Part shown: positions 1 through 13,000 of the stretch, piece by piece | Layout: the number at the start of each line of letters is the position of its first letter | How positions within the stretch are numbered: position 1 is the first letter of the stretch | Assembly: GCF_001194135.2 (NCBI RefSeq) | Contig: NC_068981.1 | Coordinates: forward strand, 65,649,524 to 65,713,523 | Source: Octopus bimaculoides | Taxonomy: Eukaryota | Length of the DNA: 64,000 nucleotides | Direction of reading: 5' to 3' | Program-made: the position numbers and the translations under genes | Notes under the pieces: model-generated | What the model was told of the DNA's origin: nothing | The model's input: only the letters and a program-made list of their open reading frames with translations | The model's database searches: none

Positions 1-59
1 CCAACCCATGCCAGCATGGAAAGCGGACGTTAAACGATGGTGATGATGATGATGATGAT
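1..59 (+). mobile_element. 3' tail of RTE-related retroposon (family A) ending in (GAT)n
   Basis: ccaacccatgccagcatggaaagcggacgttaaacgatg... matches the 3' end of the RTE fragment at 24684-25282. Confidence 0.8.
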
Positions 60-60
60 T

Positions 61-215
61 TATGCCCTGAGCTCAAACGCCACCAAGGTTGACTTTGCCT
101 TTCATCTTTTAAGGGTTGATGAAATAAGTACCATTTGAGCACTAGGATCAATTTATTCAACTAACTTCCTCCCCCAAATTTCAGGCCTTGTTCTTATTGT
201 AGAAAGGATTGTGTT
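61..215 (+). mobile_element. tRNA-derived SINE family B, 3' half
   Basis: gactttgcctttcatc...aaataagtacc...cccccaaatt..ggccttg, shared with many copies in the window. Confidence 0.7.
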
Positions 216-607
216 ATTCTTTTATTCTTTTACTTGTTTCAGTCATTTGATTGCAGCTGTGCTGGAACACCACATTGTAGGGTTTCAGTTGAACAAATGA
301 ACTCCAGGACTTATTTCTTAAGCCTAGTACTTATTCTATCGGTCTCTTTTGCCAAACTACTAAGTTACAGGGATGTAAACACACCAACACCAGTTTTCAA
401 GCGGTGATGTGAGGATGAACAGAGACAAAGACACACACACACATACATATGATGATTTTCTTTCAGTTTTCATCTACCAAATCCACTCACAAGGCTTTGG
501 TTGACCTGAGGCTATAGTAGAAGACACTTGCCCAAGGTGTCACGCAGTGGGACTGAACCCAGAACCATGTGGTAGGGAAGCAAGCTTCTTACCACACACA
601 GCCATTT
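216..607 (-). mobile_element. tRNA/CORE-like SINE family C
   Basis: Reverse complement of ggctgtgtggtaagaagcttgcttcc...ttgggcaagtgtcttctactatagcc...aaatgactgaaacaagtaaaagaataa, with an internal microsatellite. Confidence 0.8.
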
Positions 608-1258
608 AGTACATTTAACCTGTTCCAGCTACAATTGTTTGAACTATACATGAATTTTCAGCACAAAACTCTCTGTATTTTTCATGTTTTAATACTTAGA
701 AAGCTTTTCTACTGCATTTGAAATTTGTTTAATTTTACATATTTATATTTTTTTCACATATTTTAGTTTGAGGAGTGGGTGTGCCCATATCTTTTGTGAA
801 CCTTCCCACACTGGTGATATCATTGTAGGATGATTAATAGTATTTTATATTTCAAGTTATTAATAATAATATTTGGGTAATGCAATTACTTCTCTGACCC
901 CATTAACTATTAACTTCATATTAAACATCTTAAAAGATCATGGAAACAGTCTTAAACAACCACCTCCTCCAACATTTGTAAGATGCTTTTTCCTCAGTTA
1001 CCACTAGTGTGATTTTCAGCCAAATCTATGTTGCCCATTAATATGACAACCTCCCCACATCTTCACAAATTTTACTCTTTGATACTGTCTGGTATATAAC
1101 ACTCTTAAGTTTGCTGCCTACTGGCCCCATCCTATCTTGAGGGTTAGGAATTTTGTCAGAATTCAAATGTAGTACTTTAACCCCCTTAGAGAATCAGAAA
1201 ATTGAAGTCATTTCATTGAAAGAATATCAGTAGTGAACATTAAATGGACGTGATTCAT

Positions 1259-1433
1259 CAATGGCATAGCTCGAGTGTATGCCATCCAAGGTAGCCCTTC
1301 AGTTTCCTGCCCCCACCCCCTCCAGGCCCTCAAGCCTATACAGGCTTATACAGTAAACCCCAAAACGTCCCCCATAAAAGTGCTACTCTGGGTAGACTGT
1401 GCCATCCTCATCCCTCTCCTAGATGTGCTATTG
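1259..1433. mobile_element. Probable non-autonomous hAT-type MITE
   Basis: Imperfect TIRs caatggcatagct / (rc) caatagcacatct; 8-bp flanking duplication tgattcat (1251-58) and tgatttat (1434-41). Confidence 0.45.
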
Positions 1434-1840
1434 TGATTTATTTGTAATAAGGAAAAATCTACAAAAGATAATTTGTTCATTTTTCTTTTAATACATAATA
1501 TAAAAAAGAAGAATAACAAATACAATGTGATATTAAATGTAGAGTGAAAGTTCAGTCTTTTAACTGGTATGTGTTTAATGTTGAACATTTAACAATGTGG
1601 ATATTCTTTTAATATATAGAACAACAAGATTCCTAATGAATACCACTAAAGAAAGAGAAATAAGTAAATAATTTTGCAGCAAGGTTCTGGTAATCATTAA
1701 TCAATACAGCAATACTAGATAATGTATGTTTTTGTTTTCAATGTTTCATTATATTTCCAGAGATATAACACTTCAAATAAAAATATTAGTTGTTTTAGTT
1801 TTTATGAGGCAAGGCGGGCACTAATACAAGCTCATTTAAT

Positions 1841-2458
1841 TTAAACCTGCAGCAACAGAGCTACTCCACCAAGAATCCACTTGCTTGATTTCTCTTTCGA
1901 TTTCAAATTAAATGTCCATACAAATGTCGGGCCTCGTTGTTTGGTCTTATAGACAGGACATTGATAAATAGTTTTAGTATCCTGTCGGTCAACTGGAATG
2001 GCTTTAATGAATATCACAGGCATTACTGGAGTGAGATCTTTTAGTCGTGACTCAGCAATCATTCCACTCTGCATGTCCCACCGAGCACCTTCCATAAAGA
2101 GCCCATGAATGTAAGCTCCTTCTCGAGGTGGTCCTGCCATGTCATCTCGCATTTTCTTAGTCACATCACACTGCAGACACATCTTGTCTAGTGGCCATTC
2201 ACTTTTACGTGCCATTTGCTGCATGATAGCTGTAAGAAAGGACTGTGGGTTAAAGAAGCCAGCCAGCCAAACAGCTGCTGGTAGCTGAAAGTCTGTTACC
2301 CAACTCTCTAGTTCCTTCACACGTTGCAAAAGATCTGCATACCATGTGGTGAGGTTGTACAGAGAAGGGTATGCCCTTTTTGCCCAGTTGCCTGGCACTT
2401 GATCCATAAAAAGAGAGTTGCTTAGTTCTTCCATGTCTGAGGTGATTGTCAATTCACC
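1841..2458 (-). CDS. DNAH9: Dynein HC terminal coding exon E33
   Basis: [10 protein letters not shown]...[10 protein letters not shown]...CPVYKT...GVALLLQV then TAA at 1843-1841. Confidence 0.96.
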   Translation of the reverse strand, partial: GELTITSDMEELSNSLFMDQVPGNWAKRAYPSLYNLTTWYADLLQRVKELESWVTDFQLPAAVWLAGFFNPQSFLTAIMQQMARKSEWPLDKMCLQCDVTKKMRDDMAGPPREGAYIHGLFMEGARWDMQSGMIAESRLKDLTPVMPVIFIKAIPVDRQDTKTIYQCPVYKTKQRGPTFVWTFNLKSKEKSSKWILGGVALLLQV

Positions 2459-5337
2459 CTGAAAAAGAAACAAGGTAAGTGGTCAAATTAATGAATAAAT
2501 TAAATTTTTATCCTAAGAAATGTAATTAATTTGTAAGGAGAAAATATTTAAAAAGAAATATAGCTTTATTTAAGTGTATGCATGGTGTGTTTTGAAAAAT
2601 ATTAACAATGATTTTACCTTTAAACCTAAATCAAGTTCTTTTAAGGTCCTTCTAATTTCTGATGTTAACAAATTCATTCGTTCGCATTCTTGGAATGCTA
2701 CGACTACATAGGGAGTTCTTTCTTCTAATGGAACTTTAGCCATTATTTCTGCCATGATAAATTCTTCTGGTAATTTTTCAATAATTTCATCCAAAATTGA
2801 CTTTACCTACATAAAGATAAACAGGTAAGTATTAAGATCTTTTTAGAAAAACATCATCTGGCCACAGAATGCTGTTTATACTTTGGTATGTATTTGTGTG
2901 TGTGCATGCATGCATTCATATGTGTGTGTGTGTGTGTGCTGTTATACATTTAAATATACTTAGAACAACACAATCTACACATGTAAATATCAAAATAGAT
3001 AATTAATTATACTTATAATCATTTTACATCCGCTTTCCATTGCTAGCATGGGTTGTATGGGTAGTTATGATACAAATTAGTTCTTATTTGAAGTTACTGT
3101 CCTCCTAGATAGGACAAGGACGACATGTCACTTGCATTTTTCATCTTCAGCATGTCTTCTATGGCCAGATACCCTTCCTATCAACAGACACTTTACAAAG
3201 TGTTCTAAGTACATTGTAGAGTTGCAGCAGTCTAGAAAGGTTCTTTTATCCCTAGTAAGGCTATCAAGTCCTCTCAACTCTATGTTGCTTCCATTCAATG
3301 GTCAACCACTTTACAGACTGTACTGGGTACATTTTATAATATAACCACCACTAGAGAAATCACATTGTGTCTAGGAAGACTATCACCTCATTTTATAAAT
3401 TATTTTTGTGTATAACAAAATTATGAATAACATGTTTCTCAAGGTGCTTAAGCATCAATATAGATAATAATAATAATAATGATAATAATAATATAATTTA
3501 ATGTTAATAATAATATAAGATCACTGTTTGTACCATGTACAGCAAGATCTGGAACAAATGTCTGCATATTTATTCTTAATATGTCTGGGCAGGTTCAAAA
3601 ACAGAATACGCTAGTTGCTGTAATATATGTCAAAGGAGAAAAACCTCTCTCTTTTATGATAATAGTGTGTCCAACATCCTTGATTCATTGGCACAGAATA
3701 TTCTGGGACAGTGGTGTTTTGACTTGTGTCTCGTCAGCCAGAAATACCCCAGATCTTTGAGTCTAGTCAAGCAGATGGCCTTTGTTTGTAACTTTCAGTG
3801 AATAAAATGTTTGCTGATATGTTTGCCAGTCGATATAAAATTGTCATTTGCATTGTGTACAGCAAGATCTGAAGCAAATGTTTGCATATCCATTCTTAAT
3901 ACATCTAGTATAATTTGAGGTTTCTAAAACCTTATGAAGATGCATAGCCAAGTGGTTAGGGATGTTGCACATACAATTGCAAGATTGTGGTTTTAGCTCC
4001 CCAAACCATGTCATTTTAATCCACTCAGCTGTAAATGAGTAACCCTGTGATGGATTATCATCCTGTTCAGGGGGAATGTTGCAGTCTTGGTCACTTATAC
4101 ACCATAGGAACTGGGTAACCAGTTCAGTGAGCCCTAGGACTGAACACTGTACTTTATTTTGCTTTTTAAAACATTAAATTATATTTTTAAAACTCTGAAG
4201 TGCATCTAAATAGATGCCTGAGGTGGCATAACCATTTTAGAACCATTTTTCTCTCACTTCTATCAATTAACGATGGAGCCTCAATGGGATCACTTGTCTT
4301 GCTAGAAATAACAGCTAAATCTCTTTCAAACTACACCCTACTATTTTTAAAATGGGAGGACACATATGATGTAGTCCAAGATAGACTATGAATGAAAACA
4401 AAGATGAAGGTCATAGTTGAAACGTCTCCAATCCTAAATCAACTTGATTAGGACTTCCTTTCAGTAAAACAACTTCCCACCACATGAAGGAAACTTTTCA
4501 CAGATATACATATTGTTTTATTTTACATGTGCTTGCCTCCAGGCACATACAAACACATTCAGACATACACACATGCATATATGTGCATGCATTTATGCAC
4601 TCACAAGCACACACATACAAAAACATAAATGTAAAAGAATTGGATATTTACTTTTTCTTCTCGGCTAACACCAGCTTCTGAATCACTACCTGCATCTCGA
4701 GGCTGCATTTCAAATACTGTGCGGAAAAGATGCTCTGATGTACTTGTGAGGAATTCAATTTCTGCATTTGGATGTAGACCATATAAATAGGGACTTTCTG
4801 TTGGAATCATCTCATCAATATATGTGTGATAGCCCTTGTAGTCAATATTTGGTGGAATTGGGAATCCAGGAGCCAAATAGAGCTCTGTATCAAGCTGTAA
4901 TGTAATATAAAATAAAAACGTTAGGGGATGTAGATGATAAACAAAGCATAGTATTCATCTGGGAACTGAATTAAAGTATTGTGTTTTGTTTTGTTTTTTT
5001 GTGTTACTAGTAGTACTGGAAATGCTAATAATGGCAATAGTGATGATGATGATGATGGTGTAGTATTTATTTATCATAATAACAAATGATCGAGACCTTT
5101 GGCAAGATCCATCAAGCAAGTGAAATCATAACTGTGGCAGATACTGGTGTATTGCAGCCGGTACCTGTGCCGATGGTACATAAAAGCACCCATTACACTC
5201 TCAGAGTGGTTGGCATTAGGAAGGGCATCTAGCTGTAGAGACCATGCCAAATCAGACTGGAGTCTGGTGGAGCCCCTCAACTTACCAGCCCTTGTTAAAC
5301 CATCCAACCCATGTCAGCATGGACAAATGGACACTAA

Positions 5338-5392
<55 letters not shown>

Positions 5393-6602
5393 ATATTACA
5401 ATGAAGGCATGTGGCCTAGTGGTTAGGAATTTGCTCTTGAGATCACAAGATAGTGGTTTCAATTCCTGGATCAGGTGATACATTCTGTTCTTGAGCAAAA
5501 CACTTCATTTCACATTGTTGTGTGATCACTTTGATGTCTGATGTGTGGCACAACGTACACCTGTTCAGCCAATGTTGTTCTGATGGAAAGAGCAAGCTAA
5601 TGTGCAGCACAGACATTTGATCACTACAGACAACTTATCTGTGCAGGTTGTTTGACAAGAATCTGCAAAACTCTCATCTGTCATTTACAACAGAAGTGTC
5701 CACAAAAAATAAAAACACCCTGTATATCACAGACATGTATCTTGGTTTTTAGAATTATATACACCATATCTCTGCATATTAGTAGAGATGACTAAAAGGA
5801 TTGGTGCTGAGAAGCTGGTTGTATCACTGACTCAAAAAGTCCGATCTAACCCATGCCGACATGAAAAAGCAGATGTAAAAACAACGATGATGAAATGGTG
5901 ACCCATTTTGCCATAGATTACAGATTTCCTATAAGTCAGTCACTGATTCATTGCATTTCCGACAGCAAAAATTGACAGGGGATTATCTGTGTAATTCTGT
6001 AGAGAACAAACAGAACAAGGAACACTGCTCAAAAGCATCAGTTTTTTTTTGGGGGGGGGCAGTATTATTAAGGCAGCAAACTGGCAGAACCATTAGCATG
6101 CCAGGCAAAATGTTTAGCAGCATTTCATCCATCGTTACATTCTGAGTGCAAATTCTACTGAGGCTGATTTTGCCTTTCATCCCTTTCAGGGTCAATAAAA
6201 TAAGTACCATCAGAGCACCAGGGGGTCGATGTAAATGATCTAGCACCTCCTCCGAAATTGCTGGCCTTGTGCCAAGATTTGAAACCAATACCTATATCTT
6301 TTAACAAATGATATGCATAATTTGTATATATATATATAGCTCCTCTACAATAACCTACTTGCCACTTCCTCCTTCTCTCCTCCCATATTCTATACCCTCC
6401 TCTCCTTGCATAAATGCTGTCCTCCACCCACTACCAAAGTTTTTATAGTCTCATGAGGTGCATGGTGACCTCACTAGTGCTGATGGCATAAAAAACACCC
6501 AGTACATGCTATGAAGTGTTTGTCACTAGGAGGGGCATCTAGCCATATAGAAACCATCCCAGCATGGAACATGGACATATTATAATGACAAGAAGGATGA
6601 TG

Positions 6603-6646
<44 letters not shown>

Positions 6647-9600
6647 ACGCGCACTCACCCACAGCTTTAATCACAACCGTGTCTAATGTCTAGTTTTGGA
6701 GGGAACATGTTAATATAGGTAGTTGTGGTGGTGGTGGTGGTGGTGGTGGTGATGATGATGATGATGATAATAATCAGGAGGAGGAGGGCAAGGAGGTATT
6801 ATTTTTGGAAGGAGGATGTTAGTAAAGTGGGAAATAATGCCAAGTAAGATAGTGATGGTGGTAGTAGTAATAGGCAACAACTCACCATGTCCGGATGCAT
6901 GTACACTTCAAGATAAGTTATACAAAGTCGTCTGTCCCAGTCATCTGTGATGTGCCCTCCATACATGATTTCCCCAAAAAGATAGCGTAAATCTTCCCAG
7001 GGGACTTTGTTGTTGGCTTCCAAGTAGTTGTACAGCACATTAACACTGATTGTCAGATCACCAACATTAAAAGGGTAAATTCGGTTCCAACCCTGAGGTC
7101 CAAACTTTCTCCGTTCTTGAACAACAGCATGAAAATAGCAGAGAGCAAATAAGATGCTCTTAAACTCTACTTCTCGTGCACACTTTTCCAAAGTGTCCTT
7201 TAGAAAGATGGATAATAAAGAAATCAGAAACACATACATAAGAAAATAATAGGCAAATAGTAACAGGTAAATGCTATATTGAAATATAACAGGTATAAAT
7301 TAACAAACTAATAGTCATCATTCTTTTTATTCTGCTCTCTATTCCTGGGAGGGTCATAGGGATAAAGTCCCCAAGCATGTCCTCCATAGGATCCTATCAG
7401 AAGCAACCATTGTTACACCTTCCAATTGAATTTTCAAGCATGACCAACTGAGACTATGGATATTATCTAATCATCTCATTCTTGGCCAACCCCTTGGTCT
7501 CCTGCTGATTGGCTCAGCTTGAAGAGCTTGTTCTGTGATTCTTTCCTCCAACATTCTAATCAAATATCACATACAAATAAGAATTACAAATATAACATGT
7601 AAATATAAAATGCAAATATAACATATAACACAAATATTGCATATCATGTACAAATATCACATATAGATATAACATACAAATATCACATGATACATAAATA
7701 TAATACAGAAACATACAAATTGAAATCTGGTTCCTCAAGGTTGACAAATCATGATGGCTTGGCAGATTCAAGGACTGAATTTACCAGCATTCTATTGTAG
7801 CCCAAGTCCTATTACATTTACTGATCAACTGGATTACATTACCAAAAACAGAGTCCCTTAAAAGGAAGATCAGTGGCTTTTTCTAAAAGTGGTTGGGATT
7901 TCATGCAGTCTAAACGGTGTAGCACTGTATGGGACCAGTAACATCTTGCAGCTCCCATTCAGTGTTCTCACTGAAGAATTTAAAGTAACACGAGTAAGAG
8001 AGGTGTTACCTTACATGGACTCCTGCTGGCTTCAATGTGAGAACAGAAAGGAAATGGAAGACAGAGAAAGCAGAGAAAGTGGATGAATCACACCTAATAC
8101 AAAAGAAGCTGGTGAGCATCTTGACAATTGGCAGAGCAGGCTAAGGTTTTTGTTTTTGCTTTTGTTCTTTTCCAAATACACATGTTGGCAAGGCCCAGGG
8201 AAAAGAGAAGTATCATATCATTCAAGAGAAGGTCAGAGCAGATGTTGAGGGGAATGAGTGATCAGAGTTGTAAAAGGCAGGGGACAATTGACAAGAGAAT
8301 GTGCACCAATGCAGGATTTCTTAAGGGAGGTGATGAAAATTATAATAGTGTGCTATGGCAATATATTTACTCTAAATGGGTGACAACAGAGAAACACCAA
8401 AGTATACATAATGCAGAAGTGTAGCAGTCTTTCCCCAAATCTGCCAAACATGCCACATAATTGATTTATTTAAGTTCAAGGGAAGAATGTACCATCCATA
8501 AATAAGATGTTCCAATTCATAGAGGTTACAAGAAGATTTAACAATAGAAACATTTAGCTATTTTTTTGTCTTTTCCCTTTTTCCTTTCGTTCCTTCCTTT
8601 TTATATATTAGAGGTAGTAGATATTTTTTCCAGCTTGTCATGGCTTTCTGGCTTCACATACAAGCTTAAATTTATTGAAAGAATAAATAGTCAACATCTC
8701 TTATTTATGAAGGAGGTAAGCTGGCAGAATTTTTAGCGTGTGGGATAAAATGCTTAGCAACATTTCTTCCAGCTCCTTCTGTTCAGATTTCAAATACTGC
8801 CATGATCAACTTTGCCCTGTGTCCCTTTAGGGTTCATAAAATAAATTGCCATTCAAGTACTGGGACTGATGTAACTGACTTGTCTCCTCCCCTCAAAATT
8901 GCTGGCCTTGAACCCAGTAATGGATCAGTATCCCATTTAGGGGAAATGCTGTTATCTCAGTGAAGGCACATAACTCAGTGGTTAGAATGCCAGGCTCGCA
9001 ATCACGAGGTAGTGAGTTCAATTCGCAGACCAGGTTGTATGTTGTCTTCTTGAGCAATACACTTTATTTCATGTTGCCCCAGTTAACTTAGCTGTAGAAA
9101 TGAGCTGCAACATCACTGGTGCTAAGCTGTATTGACCTTTGCTTTTCCTTTGGATAACAACAGTGGTGCAAAGAGGAAGCTGGTATGCATGGGCAACTGC
9201 TGGTCTTCCATAAATAATCTTGCCTCAACTTGTACCTTGGAGGAGAACCTTCTAGGTGCAATCCCATAGTCATTCATGACCAAAGGGGGTTTTTACCCTT
9301 TTACTTTTTACCCTGTGATCTCACTGAGTAACTGGTCTTATTTGTCCAAGAGCTCAAGAGATGAAATATCTCTTACTTAATACTAGTAATTACTTTCAAA
9401 TCACGGAAAAACGATAATTCATTTCAAAATAATATTTTACCTGATCAAAGTTGTCTAATGCTTTATGCAAGTTAGCTTGCATACCAGTAGGAGGCTCATT
9501 CGTAATTTTGATGGCTGACTCAAGAATACCTTGAGGTATGGTGTGGGAAGCAGCAGAAGCGGCAGGTTCAGCACTGATGAAAACTCTGTAAGATTCATGG

Positions 9601-9970
9601 CTATCTACACTATATTCTTCTAACTTCTTCTCTAAGTTGGCCAGCCATTTTGCAACAAGATGCACATTCTAAGAAAAATATATTCATGAAGACAAATTAT
9701 TGTATTAAAATATATTAACATATAATGGAGACATGCTTAAGTCTGTGGTTAAAAACTTCACATTGCAACCACATGGTTCTGTATTTAATTCCAATGTGCA
9801 ATGAGAAAGTGTCTTCTATCCCAGCCTTGAGTAGACTAATGCGTTATGAGTGAAAATAAATTGTTAGGAATTGAGCAGAAGTCATTCAAGTGTGAGTGTG
9901 AGTGTAGATAGACAGACAGAGAGACAGATAAATTGTGAAATAATAAGTGGATGGATGGATGGATGGATGG

Positions 9971-10021
<51 letters not shown>

Positions 10022-13000
10022 TAGTGAAATAGATATGTATATGTGTGTGTGTAGATAGATGAATAGATAGATAGATAGACAGTGAAATAGATGTGTGTGC
10101 TGGTGGAAATTGACATAAACATCTTATAGTATTTAAGTCTGAAAAAGAGAGACGACTCTCTAAAAGGTTGTAACTCTGGCAAACAGAACCATTTGATAAA
10201 TAGTGATCAATAAAATGTATACCAAATTTACATATTGTGCTTGAAAAGAGTATAAAAATGTGAAACCACTGGATGGCAGAATCAGACAAAATATCTTGCA
10301 GTAATTAGGTTTATCCCTTTATACTCTGAGTTCAAATTCTGCTAGATGCTCTTCGTCTTTCATAATTCTGAAATATGAAACTGATAATCTAAGTACTTAG
10401 GTCAATGTAATCAACTATACTTTGGAAGGCATTGCCTCAGCACAGCAAAAGTCAAATGATAGAAACCAATAAACCATAAAAGAATGAAAGACTGTATTAT
10501 TTGTCTTTTTCTCACTGGATACAAAGTACAAAGTTATAGGGACAGGTTGTGTATGATGTTGGGGCAAATTACATGAATGACATATACATCATTATGGTTT
10601 ATTGCTTTAACATCCACTTTTCTATGATTTTATAGTATAGATACACAGTAATCCCCTGACTATCGCAGGTGTTATGTTCTAAAACCTCCCACAGAAATAA
10701 TTAAAATCTAAAAAAATATAAATACCTATCGGCTGCAGAAACCCGCCATATACTGAGGAGTCCCGATATAAATTTACATATATTAGCCAGAAAAATCCAT
10801 AATGTACTGCGTATGCGATAGGTGAACCACAATGTACTGAATGCGTGATAGGTGACCCACGATATAGCGAGGGATTACTGTATATATATATGTAGATACA
10901 CATCTATATTCATGCTGTGTGTGTCTGCTAACTGACAAGACTAAGACACCATAACTTACTTGTAGGATTACCCAGTGTCCATCTTGAGCTGATATATCCA
11001 TAGCTTCTTCAGCTATGATTTCTTGTCCTTGACCCAGAGATATGTTGTGGAAGTTCTTGTTATCATTTGAGAAACCTAATTTTTTGCCCAATGCCTCTAC
11101 ATCTTTGAGGGGATCCACTCCAGGAGACAAGATAAAAAATACTGGAGTACCAGGACCAGATTCTTCATAAGATTTAGCAAAGTCCACTTGGCGTCCTTCA
11201 ACGTACTGTGTACCCATCTTCTCTTCAATGAAATTCCTGCAATAGCAGATATAGAACTGGTGAAATATGGGGTTAATTAGCAAACCAGATGAATTATTAC
11301 AACTGTTATTTTTAATACTAATCAAAAAATGGAATGGAACAATGCTTTAGAAATTAAAGTTTTGAATTATCAATTCAAAGATTATGGGTTCATCTTTGCA
11401 GCAAGAAATACCCTAAACTCTTGTATCAGATTGACAAGAAATATTTACCTCACTAAGCCTATTGTTGTTGTTGTTGGCACTCCATCGCTTACGACGTCGA
11501 GAGTTCCAGTTGATCCAATCAACGGAACAGCCTGCTTGTGAAATTAACATGCAAGTGGCTGAGCACTCCACAGACACGTGTACCCTTAACATAGTTCTCG
11601 GGGAGATTCAGCGTGACACAGTGTGACAAGGCTGACCCTTTGAAATACAGGTACAACAGAAACAGAAAGAAAGAGTGAGAGAAAGTTGTGGTGGAAGAGT
11701 ACGGCAGGGTTCGCCACCATCCCCTGCCGGAGCCTTGTGGAGCTTTAGGTGTTTTCGCTCAATAAACACTCACAATGCCCGGTCTGGAAATCGAAACCGC
11801 GATCCTATGACCGCGAGTCCGCTACCCTAACCACTGGGCCATTGCGCCTCCACTACACTAAGCCTATAAAGGTCATACATTCATCAACTTTTCAAAATGG
11901 TGGATAATGTTAATATGTACATTCAACAGTAAAATAAAATACTTGCCCCAAAAGTTCTCTGCGAATATACAATTACAATGTTTTGTTTTAATAATTCTTT
12001 TTAAAAGAGAAAATATTGAATTGAAAAGCTACAAATACATAAGTTTATAGAACCATTCAATGAAGAGGAGTAATGCCAAAACATTTGCAGACCATTTCAG
12101 TTTGGTGAAGCTGATGTAGATTGTTTTTCATCTTGAATTTTTGTAAGTTGTTACTGAATTCCAGAGACAAAGTTCTGGAGAAGGATGAGAGGATACAATT
12201 GCAGAATATGAAGTGGAGTAATATACAATAGAGATGGTGAGAGGAGGAGAATAAGTTGGGTTTCGGTAGATTTGGTTCATAGTTTCTTAGTTGAGAGGAG
12301 TACAAGCCATTGTAATAGGAGTAAAAAGAATACCTGTGGGTTAAGGTACGCTAAACAGAGGAGCTTTGGAAATCAGTGTATGTGCCTTTAGCAATCAGTT
12401 ATTATAGCCGGTTTACTGCCCAAACAGATGGTTTGGGGTTCATCATCACTTTGTGACACCTTGAAAAACAGATAATGATTAGCAATAGGAAAATAATCTC
12501 ACTGTAAAACAATGCTTCTACAGTAGCAGCAGTGGTGGCAGCAGCATCATCATCACCACTGCTGCCACTGCCACCACTGTCATCATCGCCATCATCTGTC
12601 TGCCTTCTGTGTTGTCATGAATTAGATGGTTTGACATGATCCAATGAGCTGGAGAGTTGTGCTGAGCTCCATTGTATACTCTGGCATGGTTTCCATGTTC
12701 TTCCTAAAGTCAGCCACTTTACAGAATGTATTGGATGCTTCTTTCATGACACCGGCACTAGTGATGTCACCAAGTAAATTGCAAGACAAAGAAAAGGAAT
12801 AAGGAAAAAAAAGCCCTTGACTGAGTGAGTTGTAGTAGACAAGGAAGAGGCTTTATGTGAGGAGTTGAGAGGCATGGATATCTTGCTTTAGAGGAGATGC
12901 ATGGCTACCCTGTATTGTATAAAGATGGATGGGAGTATCTGGAAAGAAGAGAAAAATGGTGTTTATCAAGGAGTCAAAGAAACAACAAGTGCATGGTTAC

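Noticed and set aside
1480-1840. Poly(A) signal for the dynein gene
   Set aside because: Only ATTAAA-type hexamers in very AT-rich sequence; none can be singled out without transcript data.
11778-11851. tRNA-like sequence with A and B boxes
   Set aside because: It is the head of a SINE with a body, (AAC)n tail and TSD; no clean acceptor stem, so it is not called a tRNA gene.
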